A stretch of DNA of 27,484 nucleotides from a virus (IMGVR_UViG_3300035140_000017:1-27484); one strand, 5' to 3'; numbered from the stretch's first letter, positions 1-6,996 are shown. Notes: a model not told the origin generated them from the sequence alone. Made by a program: numbers and translations.

Positions 1-2
1 TT

Positions 3-635
3 GTAACTAGCTTGTCTCAGATATCAGAGGATAATGAGTTTTACAATCGCACAGTCAGGAGATGGTCAAGGGCTAAGGTATCAAGGATGTTGGCACTACT
101 AAAGGAGCAGGGCTATATTGATATTTTAGCGGACACTTATGGAACACACATAAGTATATGTAATTATGATAGATTCCAAGACCTAGACAACTACAAAACG
201 GACAGTAATGAAACGCAAGTGAAACGCAAACGAAACGGTAGTGAAACGCAAGTGAGCATAAACAATAAAGATAAGAAAGATAACAATGATAAGAAAGAAC
301 CTAAAACCTTCTCGTCTGATTCTGTCGAATACAGACTATCTGAATTATTATTTTCAGAAATACTGAAACGCAACCCTAAGCATAAAAAACCGAACCTTAG
401 GTCTTGGGCACAACATATCGATCGATTGATTAGACTTGATAGGCGTGACACTGAAGAAATAGAGCGGGTGATAAGGTGGTGCCAAAGAGATACGTTCTGG
501 CAGAACAATATTTTATCGACCTCAAAGCTGCGGGACCAGTATGACCAACTTATTTTGAAAATGGGCAGCAAGGATAAGAAACCTGGATTCAGCGGGCTTT
601 CAGATCAAGACTATCACGAGGGGGCATTTGGATGA
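3..635 (+). CDS. Phage replication initiator (lambda O-like C-terminus), 5'-truncated by window edge
   Basis: Frame is open from base 3. 'TxISICNYDRFQ' wHTH end, repeat-rich linker, C-terminal 'WAQHIDRLIRLD...VIRWCQRDTFWQNNILSTSKLRDQYDQL' typical of O-like initiators; followed by a loader gene. Confidence 0.85.
   Translation, partial: VTSLSQISEDNEFYNRTVRRWSRAKVSRMLALLKEQGYIDILADTYGTHISICNYDRFQDLDNYKTDSNETQVKRKRNGSETQVSINNKDKKDNNDKKEPKTFSSDSVEYRLSELLFSEILKRNPKHKKPNLRSWAQHIDRLIRLDRRDTEEIERVIRWCQRDTFWQNNILSTSKLRDQYDQLILKMGSKDKKPGFSGLSDQDYHEGAFG
209..300 (+). repeat. Putative replication origin: four tandem 11-bp iterons plus A-rich tract
   Basis: TGAAACGCAAG (209), TGAAACGCAAA (220), CGAAACGGTAG (231), TGAAACGCAAG (242), followed by an A-rich stretch, inside the initiator gene as in lambdoid origins. 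Confidence 0.7.
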
Positions 636-661
636 ACGACCTAAAAACAAAGGAGAATGCC

Positions 662-1066
662 ATGAAAAAGGTGTATATTATCACAGCCGGAACATATAGC
701 GACTATAGGGTGGTTGCCGTTTTTTCATCCAGAAAGTTGGCCGAGGACTTTATGGATGCGATGCCGGGTTGCGACCGGATTGAGGATTATATCCTTAACT
801 CATCTTTGCCGGACCTTGTACGCCGTGGATATAAACGCTGGTGCGTTACTATGTTGCGCAATGGTGATGTGGAGGTGGTTCGGAACGTCGGCGTTGACCC
901 GGAGGACCCGCCGGACTCCCGGCATTCAATATTGCGGCGCTCACAAGAGCCCGGTGGTATGCCGGACTGTTTACTATCTTGGGTATGGGCCAAAAACAAG
1001 GAGCAAGCTGTGAAGATTGTTAATGAGCACCGGGCGCAGTTAATCGCTACGGGCCAGTGGGAATAA
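662..1066 (+). CDS. Hypothetical phage protein
   Basis: AAGGAG RBS before ATG 662 (track start 632); N-terminus KKVYIITAGTYSDYRVVAVFSS resembles a common small phage domain. Confidence 0.7.
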   Translation: MKKVYIITAGTYSDYRVVAVFSSRKLAEDFMDAMPGCDRIEDYILNSSLPDLVRRGYKRWCVTMLRNGDVEVVRNVGVDPEDPPDSRHSILRRSQEPGGMPDCLLSWVWAKNKEQAVKIVNEHRAQLIATGQWE

Positions 1067-1072
1067 ACCTAT

Positions 1073-1654
1073 ATGATAGACGACAAGGAACTGCAAATAA
1101 ACAAAAGGCTCAGAGAGTCCGGCATACCTCCCAAGTTTATAGACCGTACCTTCGAGAATTATGTCGTCAAGAATGACGGACAAAAAAATGCCCTGGTTGC
1201 GGTTCGGGATTTGGTGGCGAGCATGGATTCTACCGGTCTGATTTTGATAGGCAAGCCAGGCACCGGAAAAAACCATCTGTCGTGTGCCGCAATAAGCAGC
1301 CTCATCAAAGATAAAGACAAGACCGGGCTCATCACCACCGCAATGAAGTTTGTCCGTGAGATAAAGGAAAGCTGGAGGGGAGGCATAAACGAGTCGAAGG
1401 TGATAAGGAGGCACGTAAAGCCTGATCTGCTGGTTATTGACGAGGTTGGCATACAGTTTGGCAGCGACACGGAGCGGCTTTACCTGAATGAGATCATCAA
1501 CGAAAGGTATGAGCAACTAAAGCCTACGATACTCATTGGCAACGTCACCATGAGACAGCTTGGTGAGCAGTTGGGAGAAAGGGTGATAGACAGATTTAAG
1601 GAGGGCGGGAAGGTGGTAGTGTTTGATTGGGAGAGCGAAAGGGGGAGGGTGTAG
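1073..1654 (+). CDS. DnaC/IstB-like AAA+ helicase loader
   Basis: SGIPPKF..TFENY, Walker A GKPGTGKN, Walker B LLVIDEVG, INERY, RVIDRF. Confidence 0.92.
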   Translation: MIDDKELQINKRLRESGIPPKFIDRTFENYVVKNDGQKNALVAVRDLVASMDSTGLILIGKPGTGKNHLSCAAISSLIKDKDKTGLITTAMKFVREIKESWRGGINESKVIRRHVKPDLLVIDEVGIQFGSDTERLYLNEIINERYEQLKPTILIGNVTMRQLGEQLGERVIDRFKEGGKVVVFDWESERGRV

Positions 1655-1864
1655 ATGGGCTGGCTTTCAAAATTGTTTGGTGATTGTGGCAAGGTTAGGT
1701 TTGAAGGTGAAACCGTTGATGGCAGGGAGTTTGGCGGAACCACAGAAATCGAATCTTTTAATAATAGTAAAGAAGAAATCGAGGAAAAGCTCAAAGACAT
1801 CTTTTATGTTGAAAAAGGCGTGAGGGTAAAGACGCTGCGAATAACGGCATTCGTATATCGATGA
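1655..1864 (+). CDS. Hypothetical protein
   Basis: Abuts loader stop, GGAGG RBS; 3' end overlaps the degenerate attC core at 1853-1859. Confidence 0.7.
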   Translation: MGWLSKLFGDCGKVRFEGETVDGREFGGTTEIESFNNSKEEIEEKLKDIFYVEKGVRVKTLRITAFVYR

Positions 1865-1982
1865 ATTGAGGGGTTTGCGGATTATGGAGAAAGACTTTTG
1901 TGAATGTGGAAATGTATTGCCATGCCCTGATTGTTGGGAAGGCACCGCTGTTAGCAAATCCGGCTCGAATGGCGTGTTATGC
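1853..1982 (-). other. attC site 0 (R' core mutated GTT>GAT)
   Basis: Minus strand: GCATAAC ACGCC ATTCGAGC CGGATTTGC...GCAAACC CCTCAAT TCATC GATATAC. Confidence 0.7.
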
Positions 1983-2231
1983 CTGACGTGGTTTGAAGCG
2001 GCAGAGCCCGGCAAAGAATGTATGCCAGATACCCGATGTGAAGATGTCGAAACTAACGGAAATTGTGACTCTTGCCGGACAATGGACGGGCGGGGGATCG
2101 AGGAAATAAACTGCTATGCAAGCACCTGTGATGCTTGTGGAGAGCTAACAATGCACGAAGAGCTTGAGATGAACGAAGAAAACCAACTTGGAACATGCCC
2201 GGAATGCCTGGCTAAAGGACTGAAGGCTTAA
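1884..2231 (+). CDS. Cys-rich (multiple CxxC) cassette protein
   Basis: ATG 1884 lies in the attC0 loop; CxC/CxxC motifs; TAA stop inside the attC1 core. Confidence 0.7.
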   Translation: MEKDFCECGNVLPCPDCWEGTAVSKSGSNGVLCLTWFEAAEPGKECMPDTRCEDVETNGNCDSCRTMDGRGIEEINCYASTCDACGELTMHEELEMNEENQLGTCPECLAKGLKA

Positions 2232-2349
2232 CGATTGACTTAACGGGCTGGCACGCCAAGCCCAAAAGGAGAAAACAGGCACATGGGAGACAAAGACCAA
2301 AAATTGAACACCGCTACTAGCCAGTCCGGCGTTGAAGGATTTGTTATGC
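2226..2349 (-). other. attC site 1
   Basis: Minus: GCATAAC AAATC CTTCAACG CCGGACTGGC...GCCAGCC CGTTAAG TCAATC GTTAAGC. Confidence 0.88.
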
Positions 2350-2549
2350 CTTTAACCCCTTACAAAGTATTGTGTTTAATGGAAGAGTTGAAGGCACATC
2401 CTTGGACTGAATTGATTATAACACCGGACAATAAAATAAAAGTAACGATAGAATTTCATGGCTGTAAAAATAAATACAGCTATAAGAATATTGATATAGC
2501 AATACGATGTGTGAAAGAGAGCAGAGGCCCCAAAGAGAGTGAGGCATAA
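2283..2549 (+). CDS. Hypothetical cassette protein
   Basis: AAGGAG RBS and ATG inside the attC1 loop; TAA stop in the attC2 core. Confidence 0.7.
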   Translation: MGDKDQKLNTATSQSGVEGFVMPLTPYKVLCLMEELKAHPWTELIITPDNKIKVTIEFHGCKNKYSYKNIDIAIRCVKESRGPKESEA

Positions 2550-2604
2550 CGATGGAAATAAGCGGCCCGAGGTACGAGGGTCGCGCTTGATTGAGAGGTT
2601 ATAA
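2544..2604 (-). other. attC site 2
   Basis: Minus: TTATAAC CTCTC AATCAAGC GCGACCC...GGGCC GCTTATT TCCATC GTTATGC. Confidence 0.9.
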
Positions 2605-2607
2605 ATT

Positions 2608-2781
2608 ATGGACTTAAAAACTTGGGCTGAAGAAATAGACTGTCATTATTATGGCCCTCCGATTAATTACTTTATTATTTCAGAGGATGGCGATGGGGTT
2701 ATGCCCACTATCTCAATGTGTCATATGGGGTCTGCTTGTTGTAGCCGAGAGTCGTGCCCTTTGTTTGAAGAAGATTCATAA
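2608..2781 (+). CDS. 57-aa Cys-containing cassette protein (not in ORF track)
   Basis: MDLKTWAEEIDCHYYGPP...CCSRESCPLFEEDS*; GAGG RBS supplied by attC2; fills the cassette exactly. Confidence 0.65.
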   Translation: MDLKTWAEEIDCHYYGPPINYFIISEDGDGVMPTISMCHMGSACCSRESCPLFEEDS

Positions 2782-2833
2782 AATTTAGCTAATGGGCGCG
2801 TCTTTTGCGTCCCGATTGAGCGCCTGGTTAGGC
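2776..2833 (-). other. attC site 3 (R' core mutated GTT>TTT)
   Basis: Minus: GCCTAAC CAGGC GCTCAATC GGGACGCAAAAGACGCGCC CATTAGC TAAAT TTTATGA. Confidence 0.78.
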
Positions 2834-2854
2834 GACAATTTTGCGGAGGACATA

Positions 2855-3085
2855 ATGAGTCTAAAAAATGCGGTGAAAGTGGCCCGTGAGGAGTTCCACC
2901 ACAAGCACGGGAAATGCTCCATGTGTGCGGTTGGGGATGAGCCTACAAATGGGTTACATCAAGGCATTTATCGTTGTGGCAACGAAGACACCTGCTTGGG
3001 CTGCCACAACGCTGGAATGGAGTACGGCGACCAGTGTGCAGCGTGTGGTCGGATCGAGAAACAAGGTTATCCAATAGGAGCCTAA
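2855..3085 (+). CDS. Cys-rich cassette protein (putative Zn-binding)
   Basis: GGAGG RBS, ATG 2855; three CxxC motifs; stop in the attC4 core. Confidence 0.72.
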   Translation: MSLKNAVKVAREEFHHKHGKCSMCAVGDEPTNGLHQGIYRCGNEDTCLGCHNAGMEYGDQCAACGRIEKQGYPIGA

Positions 3086-3138
3086 CGCTAAAAATCAAAC
3101 GCTGTGGTACACAGTCGATTTGCATTGACTGGTTAGTG
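3080..3138 (-). other. attC site 4
   Basis: Minus: CACTAAC CAGTC AATGCAAA TCGACTGTG...CACAGCG TTTGATT TTTAGC GTTAGGC. Confidence 0.88.
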
Positions 3139-3162
3139 CGCTGGCTAATTAAGGAGGAAGCA

Positions 3163-3297
3163 TTGGATAAAAAATTAATTTTTAAAATGTTTGAATTTGT
3201 TATGAGGGGGATATTTATTTTATTGGAAGGTGATGATTTCAATCACATAGCAGAGTTAAAAAAAGACTATATAGAGTTCATGGAAAAAGAGCACTAA
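3163..3297 (+). CDS. 44-aa cassette protein
   Basis: AAGGAGG RBS before TTG 3163; stop in the attC5 core. Confidence 0.65.
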   Translation: MDKKLIFKMFEFVMRGIFILLEGDDFNHIAELKKDYIEFMEKEH

Positions 3298-3348
3298 CAG
3301 AGCGGTAAGACGCGCGTGTAGCGCGTCGCCTTGACCAAGTGGTTAAGT
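3292..3348 (-). other. attC site 5
   Basis: Minus: ACTTAAC CACTT GGTCAAGG CGACGCGC...GCGCG TCTTACC GCTCT GTTAGTG. Confidence 0.88.
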
Positions 3349-3375
3349 GGGCCGCTGATAGAAAGGAGATATGAG

Positions 3376-3561
3376 ATGACCGACACACATAAAGAGGCAT
3401 TAGACAAGGGAAGAGACCATAGACCACAAAGGCGTGGATGGGCACCGGGATATTACATGCACACTTGCCATTGTGGAGAACAATTTATGGGAGACAAAAG
3501 AGCTGTTGAGTGCGCTGATTGTGCCTATGATGATTTAGACGAAAACGCGCATAGCTTTTAA
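3376..3561 (+). CDS. Small Zn-finger-like cassette protein
   Basis: AAAGGAG RBS; GWAPGYYMHTCHCGEQFMGDKRAVECADCA. Confidence 0.75.
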   Translation: MTDTHKEALDKGRDHRPQRRGWAPGYYMHTCHCGEQFMGDKRAVECADCAYDDLDENAHSF

Positions 3562-3566
3562 AGCCC

Positions 3567-3659
3567 ACTTAACGACAAGGGTAACCTGCGAGGAGAAGCG
3601 GAAGCCGAGCGCAGCGAGGCGCACCGCTTTGGAGCGTCAGGTTGACCCGCATGTTAGGC
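3567..3659 (-). other. attC site 6
   Basis: Minus: GCCTAAC ATGCG GGTCAACC TGACG...CGCA GGTTACC CTTGTC GTTAAGT. Confidence 0.9.
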
Positions 3660-3832
3660 TAATTACCTATGGTGAATAGAAGATGTCTGATTTTATCGAG
3701 AAACAAACCAGCGATAGTAATAGCAATGATAGACAAGAAAACTATCCCTATTGGCTTCTTGTACCACTCATCAGCTCTATTGGTGCTATTTGTCTTGATT
3801 TCTTCGGGCTTCTTTAATCTTGTGAAACGCAA
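3659..3832 (-). pseudogene. Probable 3' remnant of a canonically oriented cassette gene (membrane-anchored)
   Basis: Minus frame ...DEWYKKPIGIVFLSIIAITIAGLFLDKIRHLLFTIGN* whose TAG stop overlaps the attC6 R'' box; no convincing start or RBS. Confidence 0.45.
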
Positions 3833-3846
3833 TAAAGGAGATTTAG

Positions 3847-4122
3847 ATGGCTGAGATATTAATTGAATACAGCGGAGCTTATCCCAACCTCTGCTCTGGA
3901 AAACTGGTTGCCACTATTGACGGGAAGCGATGGGAGTTCCCGGACGGCTGCATGTCTCCTGGCGGGTCCGAGTGGATTGACGACAACTTGGACCGACATG
4001 TTGAAAAAGGCCCGTGGTCTATTTCCGATTGGCCGCAAGGCTTCCCGGAGGAACTGAAAGATGAACTTACTGCCGCGGTGAACGAGAACGTGACCTGGGG
4101 TATCTGCGGCGGCTGCGTGTAG
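3847..4122 (+). CDS. Hypothetical phage protein
   Basis: AAAGGAG RBS; YSGAYPNLCSGKL...WGICGGCV. Confidence 0.78.
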   Translation: MAEILIEYSGAYPNLCSGKLVATIDGKRWEFPDGCMSPGGSEWIDDNLDRHVEKGPWSISDWPQGFPEELKDELTAAVNENVTWGICGGCV

Positions 4123-4127
4123 TGGCC

Positions 4128-4154
4128 GCATAACGCTTGAGCGATTTGTTATAA
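4128..4154 (-). other. Internally deleted attC site 7
   Basis: Minus: TTATAAC AAATC GCTCAAGC GTTATGC; R'' and L'' joined directly to R', with loop and L' absent. Confidence 0.7.
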
Positions 4155-4163
4155 GGCCGAACT

Positions 4164-4355
4164 ATGGAAATTGAAAGACTTTTAGAGATCAGTAAGCACG
4201 TTCACACGGATAAAGAGGTGATTGGGATGATCCTCTCGAACAGGATCACCCACTATCTCGGAGACTCTGATGGGCCTGCGATTAGTATCAAGAACTTTGA
4301 GCTGCTTGCCGACGATATTTTGAAATGGTATGAGAGCAAGGCAAAGGCCTTATAA
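4164..4355 (+). CDS. Hypothetical cassette protein
   Basis: Fills the cassette bounded by 11-bp complementary ends; stop in the attC8 core. Confidence 0.72.
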   Translation: MEIERLLEISKHVHTDKEVIGMILSNRITHYLGDSDGPAISIKNFELLADDILKWYESKAKAL

Positions 4356-4475
4356 CGATTGAACTCACTGGTTGGCGGATTGATGGCTGCACCCACCTTC
4401 AACCGGCCAGTGTTTGATAAGACAAACCTTAATTAAACAACGTGGTAGCCAATCCAGTGCAGTGATTGGTTAGCA
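4350..4475 (-). other. attC site 8
   Basis: Minus: TGCTAAC CAATC ACTGCACT GGATTGGC...GCCAACC AGTGAGT TCAATC GTTATAA. Confidence 0.88.
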
Positions 4476-4490
4476 CCAAAGGAGGTTACT

Positions 4491-4676
4491 ATGAATCAAA
4501 TTATACCAAGCAAAGACGCTGCAAAAAAAGGTGATGCAATATTTCAATCTTTGTCAGGACTAAACATACAAGACGCGAGGGCAGCCCTTGAACATGCAAG
4601 TGGTAGGCTAGGCATGTATGTTTCTGACCAGCACAAGCAGATAGTTATTGATCTCCCAAGTGAGGGAAAGTCTTGA
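4491..4676 (+). CDS. Hypothetical cassette protein
   Basis: Strong AAAGGAGG RBS immediately after attC8. Confidence 0.65.
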   Translation: MNQIIPSKDAAKKGDAIFQSLSGLNIQDARAALEHASGRLGMYVSDQHKQIVIDLPSEGKS

Positions 4677-4854
4677 CAAGCTCTCTTGTCTTGGCATCTA
4701 GTTCGGCGACATATTCTTCGAGAGAATTGGCAAAATCATATTTGTCATCTTCGTGGATAACGCCTTTCTCAACGAGTAACTTTTTTAGGTGCAACACTTC
4801 AGCGTGGGTGGCGATGCAAATTCTTTTTAGTTCTTTAAAGTCTTGCTGTGTCAT
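4645..4854 (-). CDS. Hypothetical cassette protein, canonical cassette orientation
   Basis: AGGAG RBS and ATG about 40 nt after the minus-strand GTTAGCA core; helical, protein-like sequence. Confidence 0.65.
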   Translation of the reverse strand: MTQQDFKELKRICIATHAEVLHLKKLLVEKGVIHEDDKYDFANSLEEYVAELDAKTRELVKTFPHLGDQ

Positions 4855-4888
4855 ATTTCAATCTCCTATGTTGATTTTGTTTTTAGAG

Positions 4889-4939
4889 TGCTAACCCCTA
4901 AGCTATGCGGACGAAGTTCCGCATCAGCGAGAGTTGTAA
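4889..4939 (-). other. attC site 9 (short, slightly degenerate)
   Basis: Minus: TTACAAC TCTC GCTGATGC GGAACTTCGTCC GCATAGC TTAGGG GTTAGCA. Confidence 0.72.
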
Positions 4940-6306
4940 TGGAAAATAGACTACCACCACAAAACATAGAGGCCGAACAGTCGGTGCTTGGCAGTATATT
5001 GGTCAACAACAGCGCCCTCAATAAGGTGCTAAAGATTATAGACCGCCAGGATTTTTACCGCGAGACGCACCGCAAGATATTCTCGGCCATGATGTTGCTT
5101 GCGCAGAAAGGTGAGCCGATTGACCTGATAACGCTCACTGAGATCATGGCGTCGAACGGCATACTGGATGATGTGGGTGGGCCGGCCTATGTCGCCGAGC
5201 TTGCCGACTCTCTTCCCACCGCGGCCAATGCCGTCAGCTACGCCAAGATCGTAAAGGACAAGAGCGACCGGAGAAAACTGCTGCGAGTGGCCGACGAGCT
5301 GCAAGAGGCGGCCTACGTCGAGGATGCTACAGACACGATGGACTCGGCTCGCCAGTCCGTCCTCGACATATCTCTTGGCAGCAAAAAAGAGGCCATGGTC
5401 TCTCACCTGCTTACCCTTGACCAGCAAGCCGCAAAATATAGGGAGTTGATGAGGACAATAGACCATACCGGATTTATCACCGGGCACAAAGATATTGACG
5501 CCCAGATAAGAAGGGTGGCGCCGGGAGAGGTCTTTACGATTATCGCCTACTCCGGGACCTTCAAGAGTGCCTACCTGCAAGGGATACTGCTGGATGCTTG
5601 CGAGAGGACACAGGAATATCATATCAAGTTTTCGATAGAGATGCCGGCGGAAAAAGTGTTTGAACGGACAGGACAGATTGCCGGCAACAGATATAGTCAC
5701 GAGATAGAGCAGATGGTGAAGAACGGCAAAGACGACTTTTTGCTGCATAAGCTCAAAGAAAGACACGCCGATAAGCTTATTGTGTGCGACGATCCATACA
5801 TCACCCTATCGAGAATTGAGGATTATGTGGCTATTGCCAGGGAGCGGCACGGCAACATAGGGGCTATAGGTGTAGACTATCTGGGCCTGATCGATTCGGA
5901 TGGGTCAAAGAAGTCCGAGTACGAGATAACCTCGAAGGTGGCCAGGGAGATGAAGAAGGTGGCTCGGCGGCTCAACATACCGCTCATCATGCTTTGTCAG
6001 GTCAATAGAACTTCAGCCGAGGGCAAGATCAAGAAGTCAAGCGGTAAGGGGGCAGGTGACATTGAGGCCGCATCCGATTTCGAGCTTGGATTTTGGTTTG
6101 ACGAGGACAAGGATTTGGTGGCAACGCTTGTCAAGAATCGAAACGGGGATGAGGACGTGAGCTTCAAGGTCGAGATAGACAGGCGGTATTTGCGTTTCGA
6201 GTCTTTCCGGCCTTACGAGGAGGCGGATCGGGAGGTGATGGCAAGGCGATACAGGGCGCTTACTAGGGAGAATGAAGTGTCGAGCGGAGATGGATGGGAT
6301 GAGTGA
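4939..6306 (+). CDS. dnaB: DnaB-like replicative helicase
   Basis: MENRLPPQNIEAEQSVLG N-domain, PIDLITL, variant Walker A AYSGTFKS, FSIEM, VDYLGLI, LCQVNR, KNRNG. Start placed at ATG 4939, not the track start 4843. Confidence 0.92.
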   Translation: MENRLPPQNIEAEQSVLGSILVNNSALNKVLKIIDRQDFYRETHRKIFSAMMLLAQKGEPIDLITLTEIMASNGILDDVGGPAYVAELADSLPTAANAVSYAKIVKDKSDRRKLLRVADELQEAAYVEDATDTMDSARQSVLDISLGSKKEAMVSHLLTLDQQAAKYRELMRTIDHTGFITGHKDIDAQIRRVAPGEVFTIIAYSGTFKSAYLQGILLDACERTQEYHIKFSIEMPAEKVFERTGQIAGNRYSHEIEQMVKNGKDDFLLHKLKERHADKLIVCDDPYITLSRIEDYVAIARERHGNIGAIGVDYLGLIDSDGSKKSEYEITSKVAREMKKVARRLNIPLIMLCQVNRTSAEGKIKKSSGKGAGDIEAASDFELGFWFDEDKDLVATLVKNRNGDEDVSFKVEIDRRYLRFESFRPYEEADREVMARRYRALTRENEVSSGDGWDE

Positions 6307-6345
6307 GAAACATAAATCAGCTAAACAATCAGAGAGGAGGTAGAG

Positions 6346-6996
6346 ATGAATGGAATAGCGGGAGATGGTGTTGAAAGATATTTCTTTTACGTATGTGCGG
6401 GCGGCAGAGGCACGGAGGGGTTTTTGGGGGATAGCACGATAGATGAGGATGGTGCGGTTTTTGAAGGGAAATGCTTGTTTGAGGCAACCGAAGACGGCGC
6501 GTACAGAATTGCCTTGCAAAGAGCCAAAAAGTATCGCAAGATGAATCCTGGTGGAGCTACCAGATTCTATATTAAGTCGGACGACCTTCCTAAAAAACTG
6601 AGCTGTTTCGATTGTTACGGGAGTGTGTACCGCGACACACTGAGACCATTTGTAAAACACTGGATAGGATATATTTGCTATTGGAGGTATTCCATGAAAG
6701 ATGACGCAACAAATTGTGAGTTTGAAAATGAGTGCAGAGCCTACAAAGAACCTGAATGCGAAGATTTTGGATACCAAAAACCTTTTTGTTTAACATTGAA
6801 ATCCGTGTCAGATGCCCCTTGTAATGACGAGTTAAATGCCGCGCTAAAGAGACTGGAGTTGTATATATGCACCGGTGCAGAAATTATACATGAAGAAGGT
6901 CGGTATATACTATATGACGCCGGAGGTGTCTGGGTGTGTAAGGGAGACTCGTTGATTGATATGATATTAGGACTGACAGCCTATGAAGGCATTTAA
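6346..6996 (+). CDS. Hypothetical protein, probably a fusion (internal RBS+ATG at 6694)
   Basis: GGAGG RBS at the start and again before in-frame ATG 6694; 3' part lies in a cassette remnant. Confidence 0.6.
   Translation: MNGIAGDGVERYFFYVCAGGRGTEGFLGDSTIDEDGAVFEGKCLFEATEDGAYRIALQRAKKYRKMNPGGATRFYIKSDDLPKKLSCFDCYGSVYRDTLRPFVKHWIGYICYWRYSMKDDATNCEFENECRAYKEPECEDFGYQKPFCLTLKSVSDAPCNDELNAALKRLELYICTGAEIIHEEGRYILYDAGGVWVCKGDSLIDMILGLTAYEGI

Larger units (their letters stand above)
1853..4939 (-). mobile_element. Integron gene-cassette array without integrase in the window (CALIN-like), about 10 attC sites and 9 cassettes
   Basis: Repeated R''(RYYYAAC)-5nt-L''(8)-loop-L'(7)-5/6nt-R'(GTTRRRY) palindromes on the minus strand. 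The two ends of most cassettes are exact 7-11 bp reverse complements, e.g. GTTAAGTGGGC 3342 / GCCCACTTAAC 3563 and GTTATAAGGCC 4148 / GGCCTTATAAC 4346. Confidence 0.9.

Noticed and set aside
2226-2349. Idea that shuffling makes chimeric proteins because genes start in the neighbouring cassette's attC
   Set aside because: With the attC sites oriented on the minus strand, the loop carrying the start codon belongs to the same cassette as the gene.
4843-4938. N-terminal extension of DnaB in the ORF track
   Set aside because: It runs through attC9 and overlaps a minus-strand gene; DnaB similarity begins at ATG 4939.
1853-4939. CRISPR array or simple terminators as the explanation for the intergenic palindromes
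   Set aside because: The repeats are not identical, the intervening segments are gene-sized, there are no U tracts, and the R/L box geometry and matched cassette ends fit attC sites.
5029-6777. Long minus-strand ORFs 5029-5766 and 6037-6777
   Set aside because: Antisense shadows of dnaB and the next gene, with no motifs or RBS.
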